Shown in pieces: positions 53,586 to 64,000 of a DNA stretch of 64,000 nucleotides. Origin of the DNA: Phoronis australis. Taxonomy: Eukaryota > Animalia > Phoronida. The position numbers and the translations under genes were made by a program. The notes under the pieces were generated by a model. It searched no databases, was not told where the DNA came from, and saw only the letters and a list, made by a program, of their open reading frames with translations. The stretch lies in assembly GCA_002633005.1 (NCBI GenBank), contig NMRA01000095.1:840401-904400 (forward strand), read 5' to 3'. The number at the start of each line of letters is the position of its first letter. The stretch's first letter is position 1.

Positions 53586-56359
53586 CAAGCTGATTTCGGC
53601 GTTCCGGCGCAACATATAGAGTTAAGACGAAACTGAGTGATTTTAATTTGACAATACATTTTATAAATTGATAAACTGACATAGATTATGCACTACTTCT
53701 TTGCAAACGTCAAGTTAGTGCATAGAGAGGTTCTGCTTAGCAAGATTACCGTTGGCGCCATTTTCGAGTCGCTCTCTTGAAGTGGTGTTGAAACTTTCGT
53801 TTTAAGCTCAAGGACCAATCTCCGAAATCAAACTAGACTCGTTCTCAAATTTTACCCACTCACCTTGTAGGATACAAGTAGTACTAAATCGTAAGTTTAC
53901 TACTCGAAGCGCTACCGCGTAACTGGACTCGAGTTTTGGTTCTTGATCCAGAGTCCTAACTAAAGGAAGCACTGTAGTACTAGTTATAAAATATTAATTA
54001 TCTCATTTTCACTTACGACGTACATTTTTTCATACGTCATGTGCCGAAATCGGTGACACCTCATGACGTCACTGGACATCTGCATGACGTAGTCGGCACA
54101 TCTCGGTCTCGCAAGGAGAGACAGCAGAAACTACTGCAACGAGTTATTGTAAAGCTTTCAGAATAAACTAAGCAATCACATCTTAAAGCCAAGCACTTGT
54201 ATTTTGGATATCTCTTCTAAGTCGGCACAGTCGTTCTCGTGATTTCGAGTTCGTGCTCGTCGGGAAATTTACCAATCTGTGTGCTCCTAAAACGATTTAA
54301 TTGGTTTCATTTTTTTGCTAACAAACATAACATAATTCGCGTTATCCCAAAAACCAAAATACTTCCTGCTAATGCCAATACCGAAGCCAATATCTTGAAA
54401 CCGTAAAGTAACAAGGAAAATGTGTAGTGTTAATTCGGTGGCTGGTCGTAAGACGAAGCAGTAATATCGTTCGAAATTATTCAACAAAGTGGGAATACTA
54501 GCAACGCCACCATGACCCGGGTTTAATTACCTGGTATTCACTTTCCAAACAGTTATACCCAGTGCTACAGCAAGCGCACAGACAATCAACAAAGACCCCG
54601 CAAAGATAAGGCCAAGTTGTCAGGCTTCCAGCTGAACAACTTCTTCTTTCTTTTCAGTCGGAGGGGGTTGGCTGGTCGTGCTCATTTTCATGCCGTTAGT
54701 TAGTGTTGATGTTTTATTACTTTCCTTGAGCTTAGTCGTGTGAGACAAAGGCGTGGTATTGCATTGAGAAGCTGGAATTTGAAGAAGGGACAGGTTTATA
54801 ATGTATGGTGATTTTATTAAGTGCAAAGTTCAATGATAAAATTTGCAATAAAACTGATGTATGCAGCAGTATTCAACAAGGAAGGTAAAACTCCCGAAAT
54901 AGATGGTGACCGATGGGAGCTGAAAAAATGAGTGACACTCCGGAAGAACTTTGCATTGGACGTGGGGGGGGGGGGGGGGCNGGGGGGGTGGCTACGCAAA
55001 ATTGAAATTAATTTCGATATCGGGAGCGGGATTTCTTTGAAATTAACCTGGAGAGGACTAACATTGATGGATTTTTCTTGAAACAATTAACGGTATCCCG
55101 ATGGAGGCTATCGAAAAGTTTAAGTCGTCAAACTAGAAGTGGGGGGAGGGGGGGCTCGAACGAGGCACCCCCATTTGGCGAAGTGGGTAAAAAGGTCCGC
55201 GTCAGAGAAACAAAAAGTCCGAAAAAAGTAGAAAACGAGACAAAAGTCCACCTAAAAGGCATAAATTTGACGAACGTACCCCATTTCCCGTTTTTTGTTT
55301 TACGTAAAAGGTCCATGTAGTAAAAATTCGAGCTCCCCTATTTTTTTGGCTGGGTGCAGAATATGGCCAATGACCTTGAAGGATACAGTTACAGTCACGC
55401 AGTACTACATTAGGATGCGTAGTGATACCTGCATGAACTACAACAACAACAAAATATTTACGATAAATCTACAATCTTTCAGTTAACGGTAACAGTTGTT
55501 TCACTGTAAAATAATCCCCTGCAACGCTCTGGTCAAGGCAAAATAACTTTAATAGTTAAAACTGTATGTATGCCATTGAGAATACAACGAAATTCCGAAA
55601 ATGGCAAAATAATGTTTTGGACGACACCCATGTAACTCAAATTTATGTAGGTCCCTAGAAAAATGTCATGTCCAAATTTGGGTATAAACTTCGGAACATC
55701 AAACTTCAGAGCTGGTTGATCGTATTCATATGAAACGTTCATGCAAATACTGTGTTTACTCGACTGTTCTCCAAGATTTTTTTAAAATGTCTCAATTTTT
55801 CATGAGGGGCTATCAAAAATAGAACGATCCTGAAGAACTCAAATGTTTTCTTTATAGCGTACTTACGACTGTCTGTCCAGTCGTGCGGGTTAATTTTCGA
55901 CAAACAAAGTTGGCAAGCATTCAAAGGGATGGTCGTTCCGTTCTGAACTAACTCGCCATTTATGACGCATGTATGATCCTAAAAATGTGTTGTACATGTA
56001 CTTACTTGAGCACAACAAATACAGGCATACGACTACACTATCAATCACTGTTTTGACCTATACTTCTTAATCTGTGAACATAAGAAACCATCAAGTACAC
56101 ACAAAAATATCGAACAAAATCATCCTCACTAAGCCAATACAAATGTCTTACAATACCCGTACAATGGTGTACATGCACTCCAAACAATCACAAACACCAA
56201 CTCATTCCAGGAGAAATTTGCTATCTAACATCATTTTCTTCAAGCCACGCAACCCAGGACCAACTGAAACATATAGTCCCGAGTTGCTGGGTTGACGTTG
56301 TTATCAACACGGACAATAGCGGTTGATTATTGTATTGTCTTGGCTGTGAGTGGAATATC

Positions 56360-57175
56360 GATTTCCTATAGGATTCCTACAGGATCAAGATTTCAAGAAT
56401 ATCGATATCCTATTGAAAATTTTTCACAAATCTGATTACTAAACATTTTAACAAGCAAATAGCCTTAGAGTAAAATATTGGTTTGTTTTTATCTAATTTC
56501 AGCTGTTCTGAGTCATTAATTTTTGTAAATTTTAATATTCAGGCGAATCTTAATACATGTATGTTAATTGCTTCGTAGAATCCTATTGAACTTCCAATAG
56601 AATCCTACTGAACTGCCTACTGGATATATTAAAGTCTTATACGAATTCCTATAGGGTTTCTTATAGGATATCCTAAAAGATTTCTATAGGATTTCCTATT
56701 GGATGCTTTAGGAAATCTTATAGGATCCTATTGCATGTCCTATAAGATCCAATAGGAAATCCTATAGGATATCCGATCGGATCCAATAGGATATCCTGTC
56801 GGATCCAATACGAAGTCGATAGGACTCCTGTAGGAAATCTTATAGGATCCAATAGGAAATCCTATAGGATTCCTATAGGAAATCCTATAGAAAATCCTGT
56901 AGGATCCAATAGGAAATCCTATAGGATTCAATAGGAAATCCTATAGGATCCAATAGGAAATCCTAAAGGATCCTATAGACATCATATAGGAATCCTATAG
57001 GACTTCCTATAGGATGCAATAGAAATCCTATAGGATCCAATAGGAAATCCTAAAGGATCCTATAGACATCATATAGAAATCCTATAGGACTTCCTATAGG
57101 ATGCAATAGAAATTCCTATAGGATTTCCTATAGGAATCCAATAGGAAATCCTATTGGAATTTTTCGTAAGGGTAA
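56360..57175. repeat. CCTATAGG / ATCCAATAGGAAAT palindrome-rich satellite array (partial copy at 58533-58724)
   Basis: Many variants of a ~10-12-bp unit with ~22-bp higher-order period CCTATAGGATCCAATAGGAAAT; sharp right boundary TTTTCGTAAGGGTA. Confidence 0.9.
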
Positions 57176-59940
57176 TGCAGTGTTTCACTATCAGAACAAC
57201 TTAAGAGTGTCTTGAAATACAAGGTGCTTAGACTGAATATGTTTCTTGTTTTTTCAACATGTTTTGATTTCTTAAGCTCGTAAAATGTTCTGATCAAAAG
57301 AACGAAGAGAGAAAAGCCCTGGATGTGATTGGTAGCGCCCGAATGACGAGATAGACGACGTTCCACGTCTACATTGTGTCATTTCGACATACATTAGGTT
57401 ATAAAACTCATGAACACAAAAATTTATTTCAAATAAAAGATTATTTATTTTTTGAAAACTCGATTTTTTCGCGTTTTTAGAAGCTTGTCGTTCTATGTCG
57501 AATCCAAATGCAACGCCAAACCGTAGACTTTGTTTCAAGTGACTGTAGATGAAACAGTGGAGAGGGTTGTACATGTATACTTACCGTGCACTGTATTTAA
57601 ATTCCAGTTGTTTCATCAACGTTATATAGAAACCATGAAGGAAATCAAATGGAAAGAAATTTGCAAATTAGAAGACCAATCGGAGGTTCTTGTTCCCACA
57701 CTGTCCGAACACCTTGAGAAACATGGATGTATATCGCTTTTTGTGTTGAAGGCTGACTTACCCAAGTTCGATTTGACTCGCTTACGGAGCTCTTGAAAAT
57801 TTATGTGTTACGACGAACAATTACTCCGCGCGCGACATCATGATGTCGTTCAACTTAAAATGTTGGTGTTCTGCACTTTTAAGACAATTATCAAAGATTG
57901 ACGTTTTAAAAGGCCTAAACTGATTGAAATAAAAAAGAGCGCACGTGCTTTGGAATGCTTGTGTTTTTGTTTCGCAGTCAGTATTAGAATGTTCCACTTA
58001 CAGCAATACAAGTGAATTACATCTCTTAGTTCTCTGAACTACAGTGCAAATGTATGGACAACTACAAGAATGAATCACAGCTCCTGACTTTTGTAAACTA
58101 TCATTTTCGAAATTGCGTTCTCAAAACTGAACTTAGTTCTCCTTATGGCTACTTACAGACCATGACTGAGTTCCATAGAGCTCAAATCCATTAACTCTAA
58201 AATGAGACTTAACTTCGGATTTTTTAATGACACAATCGCCTGCTCACAGCGTTCCTCGACTCTCCCTTGCAATTAGCGCAAAATCTTTTTTTCGCGATAA
58301 AACCTGTTCGTCAAGTAGAGCCAAACCTTCATTCTGGAACATTCCCAGATGAAATGGATTCTTGATAGGATATGCCAGTAATAATGCTGTGTACTGGGAT
58401 GACCTATGTTAAGTGTTTTTATTGTAATATCTAAACCATGTTATCACCTCAGTTTTTTAATTTCGTTTACCCACTTTCATTGTACACGAATTTTTGTACC
58501 TCAGCTGGTTTTCTCTGTAATTTTTTTAAGTNCCTAAAAGATTTCTGTAGGATTTCCTATCGGATGCTTTAGGAAATCTTATAGGATCCTATTGCATGTC
58601 CTATAGGATCCAATAGGAAATCCTATAGGATATCCTATCGGATCCAATATGATATCCTGTCGGATCCAATAGGAAGTCCATAGGATTCCTATAGAAAATC
58701 TTATAAGATCCAATAGGAAATCCTGAAAAGCCCTGAATGTGATTGGTAGCGCCCGACTGACGAAATAGACGACGCTCCACGTCTACATTGTGTCATTTCG
58801 ATATACATTAGGTTATAAAACTCATGAACACAAAAATTTATTTCAAATAAAAGATTATTTATTTTTTTGAAAACTCGCGTTTTTAGAAGATTGTCGTTCT
58901 ATGTCGAATCCAAATGCAACGCCAAATCGTAAACTTCGTTTCAAGTGACTGTAGATGAAACAGTGGAGAGGGTTGTATATGTATACTTACCGTGCACTGT
59001 ATTTAAATTCTACTTGTTTCGTCAACGTTATATAGAAAACCATGAAGGAAATCAAATGGAAAGAAATTTGCAAATTAGAAGACCAATCGGAGGTTCTTGT
59101 TCCCACACTGTCCGAACACCTTGAGAAACATGGATGTATATCGCTTTTTGTGTTGAAGGCTGAGTTACTCAAGTTCGATTTGACTCGCTTACGGAGCTCT
59201 TGAAAATTTATGTGTTACAACGAACAATTACTCCGCGCGCGACATCATGATGTCGTTCAACTTGAAATGTTGGTGTTCTGCACTTTTAAGACAATTATCA
59301 AAGATTGACGTTTTAAAAGGCCTAAACTGATTGAAATGAAAAAGAGCGCACGTGCTTTGGAATGTTTGTGTTTTTGTTTCGCAGTCAGTATTAGAATGTT
59401 CCACTTACAGCAATACAAGTGAATTACATCTCTTAGTTCTCCGAAATACAGTGCAAGTGTGTATGGACAACTACAAGAATGAATCACAGCTCCTGACTTT
59501 TGTAAACTATCATTTTCGAAATTTCGTTCTCAAAACTGAACTTAGTTCTCCTTATGGCTACTTACAGACCATGAATGAGTTCCATAGAGCTCAAATCCAT
59601 TAACTCTAAAATGAGACTTAACTTCGGATTTTTTAATGACACAATCGCCTGCTCACAGCGTTCCTCGACTCTCCCTTGCAATTAGCGCAAAATCTTTTTT
59701 TCGCGATAAAACCTGTTCGTCAAGTAGAGCCAATCCTTCATTCTGGAACATTCCCAGATGAAATGGATTGTTGATAGGATATGCCAGTAATAATGCTATG
59801 TACTGGGATGACCCATGTTAAGTGTTTTTATTGTAATATCTAAACCATGTTATCATCTCAGTTTTTTAATTTCGTTTACCCACTTTTATTGTACACGAAT
59901 TTTTGTACCTCAGCTGGTTTTCTCTGTAATTTTTTTAAGT
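56672..59940. other. Tandem duplicate (56672-58531 vs 58533-59940) joined at a single N; second copy lacks ~450 bp
   Basis: Near-identical 1.2-kb blocks 57311-58531 and 58725-59940 with scattered SNPs and indels; N at 58532. Confidence 0.85.
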
Positions 59941-61244
59941 GATCGTATTATCAATTTCATGGCATCTATTTATGTGTTTTAGTGCTTTCCTACCGTGGTA
60001 TCTGTCGTTCTTCCGTATTTTAAGTACTGATAAATTCACTTTGGATCCTCAGTCCTACGTGTATATCCACATCCGTCCTTCCATTGGCCGTTGAGATGCT
60101 TGTCGGCGTTACCAGGGGTCGCTGGTTTTATTCCCGGGATGAGTGATCTCATGGCGTCCTCGAATACCTTGTCATGATTCCTTGTATCACCCACAAATTT
60201 TGCCATTTTCTGGCGAGGGCCACCTCCCGCGGGAGAAAAAGTGCTGCAGCACAACGAAAAGTCGTGTTTGTGCATCACTTCAGGATAACTTTTTTATCAA
60301 GCTGAGTTGCGTTCAAAATCATTTGAAATGATGTCAACGAAAATAATGTCGGAAGAATATCTTCAACAGTCCTGCGATGCGTCAGCGAAACCACAATTAC
60401 ATTGTTTTTGATACGAGTTGTCAAAAACAATATTTAATTTTGAAAGCTGAATAACATAAAGTATGGAATTAATGAACATATCAGAAAGGAAAACCAAACA
60501 ATTTACAAGTGGTTTGGTTTTCCGCAATTATACTCAGTAACCTGTGGTAACCTACTTCAGAAGACGATAGTTTCACGATAGAAGCTTAGCATAATAAAAT
60601 GTGTATTAAACTAGTCTAGTTGCATAAACATATTTTATAGGTTCACTTTATTTTTATTTTGTTTACGTTTTTTAACGGTTTTTTAGTAAAACCATTTTTA
60701 ACAAAAATAACTCGGCGTTTCTTAAAAGGTCACGACCTCAGACCCCGGACCTCCGACATAGAAAGTATTTACAAAGCCGAAGCGAGTCGAGAAAGGTACA
60801 TGTAGATAGATTCATTGCAATGTTTCTTGTTCAGTCGTTACCCCGCTATCTAGAGCCCTCGTGGATTTTGTAGAATTGTCTCCAAAATCCTCCCGGGCTC
60901 TATATTACGAAGGATAACATCTTCGCCATGTAAAAATATATTAGCACAAAATTTGGTTGTTTGATATGACTTTTACAGCGATTACAATACATGTATGTAC
61001 ATGTCTAAGCTATTTAATACAACTGCATCAGCCCTTGTCAGAGCACACCTTTCTATTAGCGAACGTTTTACCCAGGTACTTGTAAAAACACAATTCGTTG
61101 CTTTCAATGAATGTATCACTGGAAATACATATGCCACAAACAGTACCACTTGTATGAATATATTAAATGTACCAATATTTCATTAAGGTAATTGGACCTT
61201 TTTGACAAGTCTATACATCTTCTAAAACATAGCCATAGTATCGT

Positions 61245-63403
61245 CAAGGAGTGTAGTAGTGTAGGAGAGTTCACTTGGGAGTTCGCTGTTACCGCTACTA
61301 CTAGCGCCGCCAAGTGGTGAACAAGCAACGGTCAACCAGGAAGCGCCAAAACAATGGGGATGACGCATTTTGCAGTGAGATAAATTGCACTAATTCATCC
61401 AAGACAACCCCAGACGTGTCATTTTTTCGGCTTCCTAAGGATGCGGAAAGGTAAGTATTATCTGTTATTCAATTTTATGATACATTGTCTTTCATTTTGT
61501 GTGTTCTGTTCACGGTTAGACAAGTCGATCGCAGTCCCGGTGCCACTGTCTGCAGCGTGGGCTAGGCCTACTGGGCAGCCGCCGGAAGGACTGTGATTAA
61601 CGTACGATGTGATCGTCAGCTTTTTGGATACTTGCAGTCCATGTATTCCAAATCAAAATGTCACTCTAACGATCGCAGGGATAATTTTAGGAACATACCC
61701 ATGGCCATGGGTGAATATAAATCATCGTGGTGACACGGCCATGGCACAATCACAGCCACAGAGCCTCAAGTCTTTCATTAGTCAAGTTAGAGAATCTGTG
61801 GGTCTTGATGAAAAGTTGTGCGGCCCTATCCGCGGATCGACATTTGAGTCCTAGTTTTTTTTAGTTGACACCAAGACGCTTTTGTCTCTATCACAATCAC
61901 AGTACGACTGGACTTCTGTAGTGTAGTGTAGTTTAGTGTAGGCTACCAGTCTTCTGTGAACCTGGTGAGTATGAGGTTTGTTCCTGAGTCTCTCATTGAT
62001 TTCTGTTCAGGAGCAAGCACAGGGAGCCGACCTTAATTTACTATATAGAGATGCAACGTACTTGTCCAAGAACTGCAGCTTATGCTCTCATCACTTCGAG
62101 GAGCCCATGTTCATGAATGAAGAACAAGCTGGTATTGAATACAGTGCCCGAGTAGTATTTGATGTCCCGAATCCACCAAAAATGAATACGTCAAAAAGTT
62201 CTCCGGAAATTATGTTACAGCTGTGGAATAGGCTTTGCATTTCTGATTATCATCTCACAAAGCAAATACTGGAACATCACGTGTAGAAAGGACAATTAGT
62301 CAAAATCTGGTTTTCGTATTTTACTAAGGTTGATCAGATTGAAACATTTTATGAATGGTTAGCCTGTGATTTGAAGAGAGCCAAAGTGAAACTGATGGGT
62401 CTTTTAGAGTCTGAATGGTGGAATGTTGTCCTACATGTATTTTCTCGGACTTTTTTTTCTCTCAGGGGCGGACCTTTTTGCCCACTTCGCCAAATGGGGA
62501 GGTTCGTTCGAGCCCCCCGAGCCCCCTGGGTGCGCGCGTGGGAGAGTGCGATCGAATTTACCCTATGCTGGCATGTTTAAGAAATAATGAGATAAATATT
62601 CTATAACTATATTACGATTTTGTGGTAGTTATGAATTGCTTTCTTCTTCTTATATGTGTAACACCCACTACAACAAACAATTGTTCGCATTGCTAGTATC
62701 CTGGTGCATTGAATAGGGAACACATGCGAAATTGTTAGGTGGAGGTGAAACCAGCAGTGAGCTGGGAGCAGCATGTTTGTCAATAGTCAGGCGAGCAACC
62801 AAAATTTGTGGCAATGGGAGGGGCTCAACACCCATGTGGCATACCCCATTGATTTTTACCTGTTTAGCACTCCTCCCACATAATCCCCCTGGGAGGTGGT
62901 CAACACCCATTTGGCGCCCACCGGGTTTTTGCCTGGTACCCCCTTAGCTGTCACCTGGGGAGAATTACCCTCTGAACCCCCAGGAGCAATCATTCAAATT
63001 TTGTAGTCCATGGAGGTATGAGCTGTTATAAGGAAAGATAATCTGCCTCGTTAAGAACTCCAACATGAAACAAAACCGTGATAGATTTTGAAGGGAGCTT
63101 CAAGAGAATAAAAACAAATACATGTACACTTTAATATTCTTTGATTAAAATACACATTTTCATTCTCATTCGATTATAAGTGGATGTTAGTTTACGTATT
63201 CTAACAATTTTCAATCACACAGTAATTTTATTGCACGTTGAACGTCATTAAAGTATGAATTCACGAGTGTTTACATTGTTCGGACTGCTCTCCTAAGTAA
63301 GTGTTGATTATTCACCGCTTGGAGCGCTAGTGTCTCGACCGGTAACCATTGCGGCGAATAGTAAAATGGCGGGGTGAACTCTCCTGTACTAGTACACTCC
63401 TTG
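61245..63403 (+). mobile_element. Non-autonomous P-superfamily-like DNA transposon with THAP relic, 2159 bp
   Basis: Left end CAAGGAGTGTAGTAGTGTAGGAGAGTTCAC and right end GTGAACTCTCCTGTACTAGTACACTCCTTG form a ~30-bp imperfect TIR. Identical 7-bp TSD GTATCGT at 61238-61244 and 63404-63410. Subterminal inverted repeat and THAP exons inside. Confidence 0.85.
61354..62200 (+). pseudogene. Decayed two-exon THAP (C2CH zinc finger) domain, a transposase N-terminus
   Basis: Exon A FCSEINCTNSSKTTPDVSFFRLPKDAER ends at a GTAAGT donor (61451). Exon B after TTCAG (62010) reads ADLNLLYRDATYLSKNCSLCSHHFEEPMFMN...VFDVPNPPK. The ATG at 61354 is out of frame, the conserved Trp segment is missing, and no catalytic domain follows. 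Confidence 0.8.
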
Positions 63404-64000
63404 GTATCGTGCTCAAATTTTGAACGTTCACAATAAAATGTCTAAAAATTCTGTTATAGTTTTCTAAATTATCACTTCGTTTTCGTTCTGTGCATCTTCA
63501 TTTTTTCATCAACATCATGTAAGCCCCTTATATAAAAGTAAACACTTCCGGCAAGTGCGTCGTGTGCTAATCAAGGCCGGCTGTTGTGGTGTAGGGTGTT
63601 CGGCCACACAGGCGAAATGTAAAGGACTAAGTTTCCACAGCACTGAAGTTGGAACTTTGCAATTACATGACCTGTAACATTGCCAAAATTATTCACGATT
63701 CCAACAGTTCCACTATTGGAAGACTTTGAACACCGTTTCAATATACTAGACAGTAAAATAGACGCCTGAATTTCCCGTCACAATACACTAACCGTAAACT
63801 GAAATTGGTAATTTAGGAGAGTGGCGCCTCTTCTAGGATATTTCGCAAGAAAATGTCGGAGTTGGGAATTTGTTGTCTCTAATCCATGCTTAAACTTAAT
63901 TTAAGCTTTTCAAACAATATTTATTGTATCATTGACTGCTAGTAATACTGTAACATTGCAATGGACGAATGATGAGCAATTAAGGGCTCGACTTTAAACT

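Noticed and set aside
57530-57796. 88-aa ORF (MKEIKWKEICKLEDQ...) in the duplicated block
   Set aside because: No recognisable family, and the second copy has a 1-nt insertion in this region.

Overview
This is intron-rich, AT-rich animal genomic DNA, probably an invertebrate draft assembly with N gaps and apparent haplotype duplications. It is not prokaryotic, so most ORF-track entries are spurious or single exons. Manual GT-AG reconstruction gives five genes: a divergent alpha-type nicotinic acetylcholine receptor subunit (+, 1976-11867, some exons not visible), MYG1 (-, 8 exons), JMJD7 (+, 8 exons), an intronless intact ATG5 (+), and a GXYLT1/2-type glucoside xylosyltransferase (+, 7 exons). 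The most striking architecture is at 24.5-29.2 kb. MYG1 and JMJD7 start codons sit head-to-head 124 bp apart, and the whole ATG5 CDS is nested on the same strand inside JMJD7 intron 1 with its own splice acceptor and a downstream AATAAA. ATG5 may therefore be an alternative terminal exon of the JMJD7 unit, giving three proteins from one small bidirectional promoter. Also present: a complete 2.16-kb non-autonomous P-superfamily-like transposon (30-bp TIRs, 7-bp TSD, decayed THAP exons), a 231-bp branched palindrome, a possible unknown exon split by a TE end, many MITE/SINE copies, several minisatellites, and two gap-adjacent duplications. All calls are by eye, with no database searches.
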